Positions 52,649-62,396 are shown, numbered from the stretch's first letter. The stretch is 64,000 nt of DNA from Pseudomonadota bacterium (GCA_025351005.1 JANXWS010000088.1:8648-72647); one strand, 5' to 3'. Notes: a model not told the origin generated them from the letters alone. A program made the numbers and translations.

Positions 52649-55600
52649 TCAACCCGGGAGGGGGCCGGCCGGGGCGTCGCCCGGCGCCCACTCCCGCCAG
52701 CCGGCGTACAACGGGAAATAGAGCCCCAGCCGGATCGTCCGTTCCGGCTCGAGGCCGCGCATCAGCAGGGCGTATTGCTCCAGCTGCGCCGTGTAGCGCA
52801 ACCGCTCCTGGTCGAGAAACGCCTCAAGCTCGGTACCCTCGTGCTCGCTGGTCTTGAAGTCGACGATCCAGCGGATGCCCTCCCCGTCGATGAACGTGCG
52901 GTCGATGCGCGCCGCAACGAGGCGCCCGCCGCGCCAGCTGGACAGTTCAAGCTCGCTCGCGGCGTCCCGGTGTGCTGGATCGAACAGCCACGCTGCGCGG
53001 GGATCGGCGGCGGTCGCCTCGAGGGCGCGCCGGACGCGCCCGACCGCGATCGCCAGCCGCGCCGGCCCGACCCCGAGCTCGGCCAGGCGGCGGCGCCAAG
53101 CCGGCTCCCGGCCGGTGACCGCGACCGACAGCGGATCCGCCGACGCCGCCGCCCGTTCGAGCGCCTCATGAACGACGGTGCCGACGTGGCGGGCCGTCGC
53201 CGTGACCCACTCGAACTCGAACTCCGACGGGCCGGCAGCCCCCGCCGGGTCCACCAGCGGCACGACCGCGGCCGGCGCGGGCGGCGCCGTCCAGCCGTCG
53301 ACCAGCCGCGACAGCGTCCGTGGGGCCGGGACCGGCGCGCCGGCGGGCGTCGCTGCCGGGGCCGCCGGTCCTGCGGCGGCACGTGCCTCGGCCTCGAGCG
53401 CCGGCCACAGGAGGTCCAGCGGCGTGCCGGACCGGGGCGGGCGGATGGCTCGCTCGGCGGCGGGGTCGGCATCCGCGTGGCCGACCAGGTAGAGCTTTTC
53501 CCGGGCGCGTGTCGCGGCGACGTAGAGAAGCCGGCCGAGCTCGAGCCGTTCCTGGTCGGTCGCCAGCCCGCGCAGCCACCGCTCCAGCGGCTCCGAGTCG
53601 CGGGCGCGGTCGAGACAGGGCGCCAGCACGAGACCGGGGCCGCCGTCGGCGCGCGCGAACTCGAACCACTCGAGCAGGCGGCGCGACGCACTGCGGGCGC
53701 CGCGGCCGAGCCCGGGCAGCATCACGACGTCCCACTGGAGGCCCTTGGCGCGGTGCACGGTCAGCAGCTGCAGCTCCTCGCCCGCCGTCGGATCGGGAGC
53801 GGCGTAGAGATCGGCGAGTGCCAGGTCGAGCGCCGCCGGATCGTCGAGGTCGCCGGCCCTCTCGAGCTCGTCGAGCCGCGCGAGATACGTGCGCACATTG
53901 TCGAGATCGGCGGCGTCCGCAAGCGTCGCCGGACCGCCGAGCGCAAGCCACGCGGCCTCGACGCAGGCCGCGAGCGGGCGGCGGCCGCGGTCGGCGAGCG
54001 CGCGGCCGAAGACCTCCCGCAGCCGCGCGACCCGCGCCGCTGCCGCCGGCGCCAGCAGCGCGACCCGGCCCGGATCGGCGAGCGCCTCCCAGATCACACC
54101 GGGCCGGCCGTCGCCGGCCAGCGCCGCGAGCGCCGCCAGGTCGAGCCCGCACCACGGCGCCCGCAGGCACGCGAGCCACGCGACGCGGTCGGCCAGGTGA
54201 CAGAGCGCGCGCGTCAGCGACACGAGGTCCCGCACCGCGAGCCGCTCGGCCAGCGGCACCAGCTCGACGCCCTGGTAGCGGACGCCGAGGGCGGTGAGCG
54301 CGGCCGCGACCGGCGCGAGATGGGTGCGGGACCGGCCGAGCACCGCGATCCGGACCGCGCTGTTGGCGGCGCGTTCGCGCTGCACGGCCGCCGCGATCCA
54401 CGCCGCCTCGTCGGCCGCGCTCGCCGCGCGGAGAATGCCGAGGTTGACCGACGGTCCTGCCGCAGGCGAGCGCGTCGCCCGCGCCGGCGCGTAGCTCACC
54501 GCGCCGCGCGCCAGGTCCTCGACGGGCGGCAGCACGACCCCGAAGACGCGGTTGAACCACTCGACGAGCTGCGGCCGCGATCGGAAATTGCTCTGCAGCG
54601 TCAGCGGCTCCGGCCGGAGCGCGCCGAGGCCGGTGCGACGGATCCGCAGGAACAGGCCGACGTTCGCGTCCCGGAACCGGTAGATCGACTGCATCGGATC
54701 ACCGACCAGGAACAGCGTGCGGCCGTCGTCGCCGGTCCAGCCCGCGGTCAGCCGCTCGAGCAGCGCCACCTGCGCCGCCGAGGTGTCCTGGAACTCGTCC
54801 ACCAGCAGGTGCTCGACGCGCTCGTCGAGCGCGAGCGTCAGGTCGGTCGGCTCCTCGGGCGTGCCAAGCGCCTCGAGCGCCGCTCCCGCGACCGCGGTGT
54901 AGTCGACCTGGCCGTGCAGCGTGAACACCGCTCCGAGCTCCGCCGCGGCGGCGAGCAGGACCACGTGCAGGGCGGCGAGCGTGCGCCATTCGGGCTCCGG
55001 GTAACGGGCCGGCGGCAGCCGCGCGATCGCGGCGAAGGCCGCCTCGAGCCCGGGGACCGCAGCCAGCTCCGCGATCGCGCCCTGCATCGCCGCCTTGTCG
55101 GCCGGGGCCGAGGGCGGCAGGCCCTGCCTGACGGTCAGGCTCGCCCGCCAGCGGCCCGTCTTGGTCAGCAGCAGCCCGGCGAGCTGCTGCCACTCGGCGA
55201 GTCCCGCTGCGCTCACCCGCAGCGGCCAGTCGGGCGCGGCCGCGAGCGCCGCGAACTCCGGCCGCGTCGCCGCGAGCCGCGCGGCGGCCACGCGTGCCAC
55301 CGCGAGCAAGCGGCGGCCGGTGTCGAGGGCGATCGTGGCGTCGGCGTCCGCGAGCGCGCTGCCGACCAGGCTCGCGAGCGCATCCTCGAGCGCGGCGCGC
55401 AGCTCCGAGTCCGGCGTGCCGCCCGCGGCGCCGACCACGTGCCGCAGCCAGCGGTCGCGGGTGGCCAGCATGTCCGCGATCAGCGCAACCAGCCGATCGG
55501 CCTCGTTGCCGAGGTGGCCGAGCACGACCGCGAGCGCGTCGCCGAGCGGGCCCGGCGCGCCGAGCTCGGCCAGCGTCCGCTCGGCGGCCTGCGCGTACAG

Positions 55601-56056
55601 CGGCGCCGGTCGCGGCTCGACGTCAAGGCTGACCCCGGCACGCGACAGGATCGGCAGCCGTTCGGCCAGGGCGTGGCTCAACGAGTCGATCGTCTGGATG
55701 CGCAGGCGCGAGGGCTGCTCGCGCAGGCTCCAGCCGGCGGCGTCCGAGCGCGCGAGCACGGCGGCCGCAAGCGCCTGGGTGCCGGCGTCGGCGGCATGCC
55801 TGGGCGGGGTCCGCTCGAGGACGGCCGTGAACGCCTCGAGCACCAGGCTGCGCATCTCGGCGGCGGCCTTCCGGGTGAACGTGATCGCGATCACCGCCTC
55901 CGGGCGCTCGACCTGCGCGAGCAGCACGAGGTAGCGCTGCGTCAGCAGCGTCGTCTTGCCGGAGCCCGCCGGTGCCTGGACGATGAACGAGCGCGCAGGC
56001 TCGAGGGCCCGCTCGCGCGCGCGCGCATCGGCGAGCGGCGGCGCCGGCTCAGTCAT
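52649..56056 (-). CDS. addA: UvrD/Rep-family helicase with C-terminal PD-(D/E)XK nuclease (AddA-like)
   Basis: Walker A FIVQAPAGSGKTTLLTQRY, UvrD-like motifs (LVDEFQDTS, TVHRAKGLQWD), C-terminal nuclease motif WIVDFKTSEHEG. ATG at 56056 overlaps the addB stop by 8 nt. Confidence 0.85.
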   Translation of the reverse strand: MTEPAPPLADARARERALEPARSFIVQAPAGSGKTTLLTQRYLVLLAQVERPEAVIAITFTRKAAAEMRSLVLEAFTAVLERTPPRHAADAGTQALAAAVLARSDAAGWSLREQPSRLRIQTIDSLSHALAERLPILSRAGVSLDVEPRPAPLYAQAAERTLAELGAPGPLGDALAVVLGHLGNEADRLVALIADMLATRDRWLRHVVGAAGGTPDSELRAALEDALASLVGSALADADATIALDTGRRLLAVARVAAARLAATRPEFAALAAAPDWPLRVSAAGLAEWQQLAGLLLTKTGRWRASLTVRQGLPPSAPADKAAMQGAIAELAAVPGLEAAFAAIARLPPARYPEPEWRTLAALHVVLLAAAAELGAVFTLHGQVDYTAVAGAALEALGTPEEPTDLTLALDERVEHLLVDEFQDTSAAQVALLERLTAGWTGDDGRTLFLVGDPMQSIYRFRDANVGLFLRIRRTGLGALRPEPLTLQSNFRSRPQLVEWFNRVFGVVLPPVEDLARGAVSYAPARATRSPAAGPSVNLGILRAASAADEAAWIAAAVQRERAANSAVRIAVLGRSRTHLAPVAAALTALGVRYQGVELVPLAERLAVRDLVSLTRALCHLADRVAWLACLRAPWCGLDLAALAALAGDGRPGVIWEALADPGRVALLAPAAAARVARLREVFGRALADRGRRPLAACVEAAWLALGGPATLADAADLDNVRTYLARLDELERAGDLDDPAALDLALADLYAAPDPTAGEELQLLTVHRAKGLQWDVVMLPGLGRGARSASRRLLEWFEFARADGGPGLVLAPCLDRARDSEPLERWLRGLATDQERLELGRLLYVAATRAREKLYLVGHADADPAAERAIRPPRSGTPLDLLWPALEAEARAAAGPAAPAATPAGAPVPAPRTLSRLVDGWTAPPAPAAVVPLVDPAGAAGPSEFEFEWVTATARHVGTVVHEALERAAASADPLSVAVTGREPAWRRRLAELGVGPARLAIAVGRVRRALEATAADPRAAWLFDPAHRDAASELELSSWRGGRLVAARIDRTFIDGEGIRWIVDFKTSEHEGTELEAFLDQERLRYTAQLEQYALLMRGLEPERTIRLGLYFPLYAGWREWAPGDAPAGPLPG

Positions 56057-58685
56057 CGGCGGCCTCCCGCGGCAGGTCGACACCGGTGTCCACCGTGTCG
56101 ATCCGGCACAACGCGGCGAGCGCGCAGCGCTCGCAGGCCGCCGGCGCCGGGTCGACCGCGGCCTCGCCGGCCGCGTGCGCGCGGGCCAGCTCGTCGGTCG
56201 TGCGCCGCCACTCGCCGAGCAGTCCGCGCCAGGTGTAGCCCTCGAGCTCCGCCCGGCCGGCGCCCCCGACGCCCGCCACCCCCGGCAGCAGGCCGTCGCG
56301 GGCGGCGACGCCGACGAAGCCGGCGTTGCCGAGCGCAAGGCGTGCGATCGCGACCGCCTCCGGCGGCTCCGGCCGCGCCAGCGCGTAGATGGCGAGCTGC
56401 ACGGCGTCCGGACGCGGCCCGGCCCAGCGTCTGGGCGTGTGCCGACCGGTCTTGTAGTCGATAAGCGCCGTGGCGCCGGAGGCGAGCCGGTCGACGCGGT
56501 CGACGCGCACGCGCAGCGCGTGGCCCGCCGGCGAGGCGAGGTGCTCGGCCTCGCGCTCGACGACCTCGAACGGCTCGCGTCGCGCCTCGACCTCGAGCAG
56601 CTGGTCGAGGACACGCCCGAGCCACTGCCGCTCGAGCTCGAGCAGCCGCGAGCGCGGCAGCGGCCGGCGGTGGCTCCGGAACGCGTGCCCGACCGCCGCC
56701 GTCACGGCCTGGGCGCGCAGCTCGGCCGACAGCACTAGCAGCGCCTGCTGCGAGCCGACCCCGCGCCAAAACTCCGCGAGCGCCGCGTGCGCTAGCTCGC
56801 CGCGGACGCGCCGCGGCAGCCCGCTCGCTGGGCTCTCGAGGGCGGCTGCGCCGAGCCGGAGCTCGGCGCCGGCGCGAAACGGGCACAGCGCCTGCAGCTC
56901 GAGCACGCGTGCGCCGCCGGCGAGCGGTGCTCCCGCCGCGAGCGAGGGCAGCGCGCCGCCGTCAAAGGGTTCGAGGCGCGCCGCCGCCCGCAGCACCTCG
57001 GCGCGCCGCGGCGCCGGCTGCGGCAGCTGCGGTGGCGGCGCGGCCGGGATCAGCACCGAGCGCAGCAGTGGGCCGTCGTCGTCCTGCTGCGGCGCGCTCA
57101 GCACGAGCTCCGGCGCGGCCGTGCGCCAGGCCGCGAGCGTGCGGCGCGCATCGCCGAGCGTGCCGGCCGCCGTCGCACCCGGCAGGCCGCGCGCCCGCTG
57201 CAGGCCGAGCGGCAGGAACGGCGTCGGACTCACCGCGGTGGGAAAGCGGTCGGCCGTCAGGCCCGACACCCACAGGCCGTCGCACGGGATCCCCGGGTCC
57301 TCGAGCCGGTCGAGCAGCAGCACCGCCGCATCGCCGGCGTCCGGCGGCGATCGCTCGGCCGCGAGCAGCGCGCCGAGCTCCGCGAGCGCGGCGTCGAGGC
57401 CGAGCGGCGGCAGCAGCGCGCCGAGGCCCGCGAACGCGGCGAGCGACTCGTTGACGGCGCGCGCCGCCTGGTACTCGAGTGCGCCTAGCGCACGGCCCTT
57501 CGGCCAGCCGGCGGCGCGCAGCGCCGACTGCATGGCGTCGGCCCACTCGGCGGGCCCGCGCCGCGCCGGTGCCGCGAGCGCGGTGCGGACCGACTCGACC
57601 AGCGCCGCGAAGCCAGGCTCGGCGGCGGCACCGGTCCGCAGGCGCCGCGGCAGCTCGGCGCCGGCGAGCGTGCGGGCGCCGTCGCGCCGCAGTTCCGCAT
57701 CGAGCCGCGCGCGCCGTGCCGCGACGCCGTCGCCCGCCGGCAGGTACGGCGAGCGCAGCAGCCGGCCGAGGGTGCCGAGATCGATGTGCTCGCCGGCGAG
57801 CGCGAGCACGCCTAGCGCGGCGTCGACGACCGCGTGCGCGGCGAGGCGCGGCGCGACGGCGATGGCATACGGCCGGCCATCGCCCGCGCCCGGCTCGAGC
57901 AGCGAGGGCGCGAGCCGGTCATCGAGCAGTCGCGCGAGCGACGCGGCGCGCGCGGCGAGGTCGGGCACCAGCACGACGAGCCGCGCCGCCGGGCGGACGC
58001 CGAGCCGGGCCGCGAGCCAGCCGGCCAGGGCCTCCGACTCGGCCGCCGCGGTCGGCGCAGTGCAACAGGCGAGGTCGCCGGGCGCGCCGTCGAGCGCGAG
58101 CTCGACGACGCCGCAGCCGCGTGCCGTGAGCGCGGCACCGAGCGCCGCACGCGACGGCGTCACGACGCCGAAGCCGTGCCAGCCGAGCAGCGGCGGCGAC
58201 GACTGCCCGCGCCGTGCCGCCACCTGCAGCGGCAGGCGGGCGCGGTCGATCACGCCGAGCGCGTGACTGCGGCGCCGGAACTCGACGGCCCAGCGGCGGA
58301 ATGCCGACTGCTCAGGCGTCTGCGGCTCGAAGCCGTCGACCGCGATCTGCCAGTCGTGTGCGAGCGCCCACGCGTGCGCCACCGCCGCCGCCGTCGCTGC
58401 GACGCCGATCAGGCCCTCGGCGTCGGCGCTGTCGGCGATCACCTGCTGCCAGAGCCGCAGCGCCGCGTAATCGTCGAGCAGTGCCGGGCGCTCCTCGGCC
58501 GCGCGGAACTCGCGCGCGAGCCACCCCGCCCAGGGCGTGATCGCAGGCGTCGGCCAGACGCCCGCGGCGCCGGCCGCGGCCGCACGTCCGAACTCGATCT
58601 GCAGCCGGCGCGCCTGGCCGGGCGTCGCCGTGACGATCTCGCCACCGGCCCCGAGCAGCGCCCGATGACGCTCGAGTCCGCGCAC
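56049..58685 (-). CDS. addB: AddB-like PD-(D/E)XK nuclease subunit with Fe-S cysteine cluster
   Basis: Nuclease motif ALIDYKTGRH. Cys cluster LCPFRA ... CERCALAALC (C...CxxCx5C). No Walker A seen at the N-terminus. Confidence 0.8.
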   Translation of the reverse strand: MRGLERHRALLGAGGEIVTATPGQARRLQIEFGRAAAAGAAGVWPTPAITPWAGWLAREFRAAEERPALLDDYAALRLWQQVIADSADAEGLIGVAATAAAVAHAWALAHDWQIAVDGFEPQTPEQSAFRRWAVEFRRRSHALGVIDRARLPLQVAARRGQSSPPLLGWHGFGVVTPSRAALGAALTARGCGVVELALDGAPGDLACCTAPTAAAESEALAGWLAARLGVRPAARLVVLVPDLAARAASLARLLDDRLAPSLLEPGAGDGRPYAIAVAPRLAAHAVVDAALGVLALAGEHIDLGTLGRLLRSPYLPAGDGVAARRARLDAELRRDGARTLAGAELPRRLRTGAAAEPGFAALVESVRTALAAPARRGPAEWADAMQSALRAAGWPKGRALGALEYQAARAVNESLAAFAGLGALLPPLGLDAALAELGALLAAERSPPDAGDAAVLLLDRLEDPGIPCDGLWVSGLTADRFPTAVSPTPFLPLGLQRARGLPGATAAGTLGDARRTLAAWRTAAPELVLSAPQQDDDGPLLRSVLIPAAPPPQLPQPAPRRAEVLRAAARLEPFDGGALPSLAAGAPLAGGARVLELQALCPFRAGAELRLGAAALESPASGLPRRVRGELAHAALAEFWRGVGSQQALLVLSAELRAQAVTAAVGHAFRSHRRPLPRSRLLELERQWLGRVLDQLLEVEARREPFEVVEREAEHLASPAGHALRVRVDRVDRLASGATALIDYKTGRHTPRRWAGPRPDAVQLAIYALARPEPPEAVAIARLALGNAGFVGVAARDGLLPGVAGVGGAGRAELEGYTWRGLLGEWRRTTDELARAHAAGEAAVDPAPAACERCALAALCRIDTVDTGVDLPREAADD

Positions 58686-59957
58686 TCAGCTGCGCGCGAT
58701 GACCCGCAGCGCCGCGCCGGAGGCGCCCGTCGCCACGGTCGCGGCGTAAAAGTCGAGCTGCGACTCGATCCGGCCGAACACGTCCTCGAGCACCGCGGGC
58801 TCGGGCAGCAGCGTGACCCGGAAATGACTCGCGTAAGGCGTGTTGAAGCTGACGCCGGGTGCGACCACGACGTGCTTGTGCTCCAGCAGCTCGAGCGCGA
58901 AGCGGCGATCGTCGAAGTCCGGGAGCACCTCGCGCCGCACGCCGACAAAAGCGTACATCGCGCCCATCGGCCGCACGACCCCGAGGTAGCGGCTGCGCGC
59001 GACCGCGTCCACGATCGCCGCGCGCGACGCGTGCAGGCGCCCGCCGGGGCGGACGAGGTCGCGGATGCTCTGGTAGCCGCCGAGCGCGGTCTGCACGGCC
59101 CACTGGCCGGGCACGTTGCTGCACAGGCGCAGCGAACTCAGGAGCTCGAGCCCGTGCAGGTACTCGCGGGCGCCCTCGCGCTCGCCGGAGAACACCGCCC
59201 AGCCGACCCGGTAGCCACAGGCGCGATAGACCTTCGAGAGCCCCGACAACGTCGCGCACAGGGTCTCCCGCACGAGCGTCGCGAGCGGCACGAACTCGGC
59301 GCCGTCGTAGGTCATCTGGTCGTAGATCTCGTCGGCCAGCACCACCAGCCGGTGCCGCTCGGCGAGCCGCGCGAGCCGCTCCAACACGCCCCGGCTGTAG
59401 ACGGCTCCGGTCGGGTTGTTCGGGTTGATGATGACGATCGCCCGCGTGCGGCGCGTCACCAGTCGCTCGACCTCGTCCGGATCGGGAGCCCAGCCGGCCG
59501 ACTCGCGGCACGGATAGTGCACCGCCCGGCCGCGGTTCAGGTTGGTGGCGGCGGTCCACAACGGGTAGTCGGGGCTCGGCACCAGCACCTCGTCGCCGTC
59601 GTTCAGCAGCGCCCGCAGCACCAGGTCGATCAGCTCCGAGACGCCGTTGCCGATGAACACGTCGTCGACCGTGACGTCGCGCAGGCCCCGCTCCTGCTGC
59701 TGCATCACGATCGCCTCGCGCGCCGGGAAAATCCCCTGCTGGTGCGCGTAGCCGTCGGCACCGCGCAGGTTCTCGATCATCGCGAGCCGCATCGTCTCCG
59801 GCGTGCGGAAGCCGAAGGCGCCGGGGTTGCCGATGTTGAGCGAAATGACGTCGTAGCCGAGCCGCTCCATCTCGTGGGCGCGCCGCGCCAGCTGGCCGCG
59901 GATCTCGTAGCGGACGTCGGCGAGTGCCGCGCTGGCGCGGATGGTCGGGGTCGTCAT
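58686..59957 (-). CDS. Class I/II PLP-dependent aminotransferase (AlaA/AlaC-like)
   Basis: LNIGNPGAFGF N-terminal motif, PLP-lysine motif LSGLSKVYRACGYRVGW. Start re-picked at ATG 59957. The stop codon directly abuts the addB start codon. Confidence 0.88.
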   Translation of the reverse strand: MTTPTIRASAALADVRYEIRGQLARRAHEMERLGYDVISLNIGNPGAFGFRTPETMRLAMIENLRGADGYAHQQGIFPAREAIVMQQQERGLRDVTVDDVFIGNGVSELIDLVLRALLNDGDEVLVPSPDYPLWTAATNLNRGRAVHYPCRESAGWAPDPDEVERLVTRRTRAIVIINPNNPTGAVYSRGVLERLARLAERHRLVVLADEIYDQMTYDGAEFVPLATLVRETLCATLSGLSKVYRACGYRVGWAVFSGEREGAREYLHGLELLSSLRLCSNVPGQWAVQTALGGYQSIRDLVRPGGRLHASRAAIVDAVARSRYLGVVRPMGAMYAFVGVRREVLPDFDDRRFALELLEHKHVVVAPGVSFNTPYASHFRVTLLPEPAVLEDVFGRIESQLDFYAATVATGASGAALRVIARS

Positions 59958-60046
59958 GGCGGCCAAGGATAGCGCAGGCGCCGCCGCGCCCGCCGGCCGG
60001 CGGGCAGCTGCGGCCCGGCCAGCGGCTCGCGGCGGTCCGCCGCCCC

Positions 60047-60080
60047 AAAAAAAAAGAAAGCGGCCACCGGCGCCGCTTTC
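60047..60080 (-). terminator. Canonical Rho-independent terminator on the minus strand (orphan: no annotated gene upstream of it)
   Basis: Minus strand reads GAAAGCGGC-gccggtg-GCCGCTTTC followed by TTTTTTTTT (9-bp stem, 9 U). Lies ~90 nt upstream of the aminotransferase ATG. Confidence 0.7.
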
Positions 60081-60220
60081 GTCATGCACTTATCGACGTC
60101 GTCCCGACGCCGACCAGCGCTCCCCTCGCGCCCCGCATTGTAATTTTGCTCTGCTGCGGGACGAGTACAAGTCCGGTAAGACGCTAGCATCGGCCGCCGG
60201 CCAGCGTAAAGCTGCACTGC

Positions 60221-60241
60221 AAAAAGACCCCTGCCCGGGGC
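60221..60241 (-). terminator. Second, weaker terminator-like hairpin + T5 on the minus strand
   Basis: Minus strand reads GCCCC-gggca-GGGGT C TTTTT, embedded in a larger GC-palindromic stretch (GGCCCGGGCCCCGGGC). Confidence 0.3.
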
Positions 60242-60315
60242 CCGGGCCGCGGGCCGACGCCGGCCGCCTGCCGCCTGCCGCCGGGGCCAGGGGCCGTCGC
60301 CGCGCGCGGCGCGCA

Positions 60316-60344
60316 TTGACACCCGCAGGGGTTTTGCATAGCGT
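60316..60344 (+). promoter_or_regulatory. Candidate sigma70 promoter of etfBA
   Basis: Perfect -35 TTGACA (60316-60321), 17-nt spacer, -10 TAGCGT (60339-60344). 36 nt before the etfB ATG. Confidence 0.4.
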
Positions 60345-60379
60345 GCCGCGTCGCAAAAATGACGCTGCGGAGCCTCAGC

Positions 60380-61129
60380 ATGCAGAAGATCCTGGTCGGG
60401 ATTAAGCGCGTCGTCGACTACAACGTGCGCGTGCGGGTCAAGGCCGACGGCTCCGGCGTCGCGACCGACGGCGTCAAGATGAGCGTCAACCCGTTCGATG
60501 AAATCGCCCTCGAGGAAGCGCTGCGGATCCGGGAGCGTGGCGAGGCGAGCGAGGTGGTCGCGGTCAGCATCGGTCCCGAAGAGGCGCAGCAGCAGCTCCG
60601 GACCGCGCTCGCGATGGGGGCCGACCGCGCGATCCTGGTCAAAACCGAGCACCCGATCGAGCCGCTGACCGCGGCGCGAGTGCTGCTCGCGATCGTCCGC
60701 AAGGAGAGCCCGGACCTCGTGATCGTCGGCAAGCAGGCCATCGACGATGACTGCGCCCAGACCGGGCCGATGCTCGCGGCGCTCTGGGAGCGGCCGCAGG
60801 CGACGTTCTGCTCGAAGCTCGAGATCAGGGGCGGCACCGCGGTAATCGTCCGCGAGGTCGACGCCGGCCTCGAGACGATCGAGATCGATCTGCCGGCGGT
60901 CATCAGCGCCGACCTGCGGCTCAACGAGCCGCGTTACGTAAAACTGCCGGACATCATGAAGGCCAAGAAGAAGCCGCTCGACGTGCTCGAGCTCGGCTCG
61001 CTCGGCATCAGCGCCGAGCCCGGCCTGCGGCCGGTGCGGACCGAGGCGCCGCAGCCGCGCTCGAAGGGCGTGATGGTCAAGGACGTCGCGGAGCTGGTGT
61101 CGGCACTCAGGAAGAGGGGGCTCGCCTGA
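60380..61129 (+). CDS. etfB: Electron transfer flavoprotein beta subunit
   Basis: MQKILVGIKRVVDYNVRVRVK N-terminus and conserved ETF-beta body. Start at ATG 60380. Confidence 0.93.
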   Translation: MQKILVGIKRVVDYNVRVRVKADGSGVATDGVKMSVNPFDEIALEEALRIRERGEASEVVAVSIGPEEAQQQLRTALAMGADRAILVKTEHPIEPLTAARVLLAIVRKESPDLVIVGKQAIDDDCAQTGPMLAALWERPQATFCSKLEIRGGTAVIVREVDAGLETIEIDLPAVISADLRLNEPRYVKLPDIMKAKKKPLDVLELGSLGISAEPGLRPVRTEAPQPRSKGVMVKDVAELVSALRKRGLA

Positions 61130-62073
61130 TGAGCAAGATCCTGATCATCGCCGAACACGACGGCCAGCGGCTGAACCAGGCCACCGCACGCTGCGTCACC
61201 TGCGCCCGCCAGATCGAGGGGGGCGAGGTCACGGTCGCCGTGTTCGCCGCCGCGCCGGGCCCGGTCGCCGCGCAGGCCGCGGCGCTCGCCGGCGTCGCGC
61301 ACGTGGTCACGGTCGAGGGCGCCCACAACGCTCATGCGCTCGCCGCGGTGCTCGCGCCGCAGGTCGCCGCGCTCGCGGCCGGCTACACCCACGTGTTCGG
61401 CGCCTCGACCACTACCGGCAAGGACCTGATGCCGCGGGTCGCCGCATTGCTCGACGTGCCGCAGATCTCGGACGCGATGGCGGTCGAAGGCCCGTACCGC
61501 TTCAAGCGCCCGACCTACGCCGGCAATGCGATCGTCACGCTCGAGGCGCCGCCGGCCAGGAAGGTGGTCGCGACCGTGCGCACCGCCTCCTTCGAGGCCG
61601 CCGGCCCCGGCGGCAGCGCGACGCTCCGCGCCGTGACGCTGGCCGTGCCGCTCCCCACGCACACCCGCTTCGTTACGGTCACCGCTGCTTCCTCGGACCG
61701 GCCAGACCTCGCCTCGGCGGCCAAGGTCGTCTCGGGCGGCCGCGCGCTCGGCAGCAAGGAAAACTTCCAGCTGATCTTCAGCCTCGCCGAGAAGCTCGGC
61801 GCCGCGGTTGGCGCGTCGCGCGCCGCGGTCGACGCGGGCTACGCGCCGAACGAGCTGCAGGTCGGGCAGACCGGCAAGATCATCGCGCCCGAGCTCTATG
61901 TCGCGATCGGCATCTCGGGCGCGATCCAGCACCTGACCGGCATCAAGGACGCGCGCACCATCGTCGCGATCAACAAGGACGGCGAGGCGCCGATCTTCGA
62001 GGTCGCCGATCTTGGCCTGGTGGGCGACCTGTTCACGATCTTGCCCGAGCTCGAGAAGAGCCTCGCGAACTAG
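61129..62073 (+). CDS. etfA: Electron transfer flavoprotein alpha subunit
   Basis: FAD-binding C-terminal motif [21 protein letters not shown]. Overlaps the etfB stop. Confidence 0.93.
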   Translation: MSKILIIAEHDGQRLNQATARCVTCARQIEGGEVTVAVFAAAPGPVAAQAAALAGVAHVVTVEGAHNAHALAAVLAPQVAALAAGYTHVFGASTTTGKDLMPRVAALLDVPQISDAMAVEGPYRFKRPTYAGNAIVTLEAPPARKVVATVRTASFEAAGPGGSATLRAVTLAVPLPTHTRFVTVTAASSDRPDLASAAKVVSGGRALGSKENFQLIFSLAEKLGAAVGASRAAVDAGYAPNELQVGQTGKIIAPELYVAIGISGAIQHLTGIKDARTIVAINKDGEAPIFEVADLGLVGDLFTILPELEKSLAN

Positions 62074-62171
62074 CCGCGCGGACGACCGGCGGCGCTGTCC
62101 CAGTATCAGGTTGATTCTGGGTTAATGACGTAATTATTTGTTTTGATGTATTTTATTGCTTGATCCCTGAG

Positions 62172-62396
62172 TCATCTCGGGGCCTTTCGCGGCGGCCGCG
62201 GCGAGCGCGGCGCGACGGCAGCGCCCGAGCTCGCCGCCTTCGGCGGTTCCTCCATCGCCCGCGCCACGTCGCGCTGGTGGCTCCAGCCGCCCCAGGCAAC
62301 GAGCGCGAGCGCGAACAGCAGCAGCAGGATCGCGCCGAGCGCGAACGCGACCGCCCAGTCCTGCCACTGCGTGTCGAACCTGGAACGCTTGCGCAT
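62172..62396 (-). CDS. Small single-TM hypothetical protein
   Basis: 74-aa ORF with one clear TM (WAVAFALGAILLLLFALALVAW) and a Pro/Ala-rich tail. No homology recognised. Confidence 0.35.
   Translation of the reverse strand: MRKRSRFDTQWQDWAVAFALGAILLLLFALALVAWGGWSHQRDVARAMEEPPKAASSGAAVAPRSPRPPRKAPR

Noticed and set aside
60090-60356. 88-aa and 65-aa minus-strand ORFs in the aminotransferase/etfB intergenic region as the gene served by the orphan terminator.
   Set aside because: Translations are Arg/Ala/Gly/Pro-rich (MRRGTLCKTPAGVNARRARRRPLAPAAGGRR...), with no Shine-Dalgarno and no recognisable fold. An RNA-level function is more likely.
62074-62171. AT-rich spacer (…GGTTAATGACGTAATTATTTGTTTTGATGTATTTTATTGCTTGATCC…) between the convergent etfA and small-membrane-protein genes.
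   Set aside because: It is probably just a shared termination zone. Only a weak CCCAG-N13-CTGGG hairpin precedes the T-rich run, and there are no repeats or ORFs. Noted for compositional contrast only.
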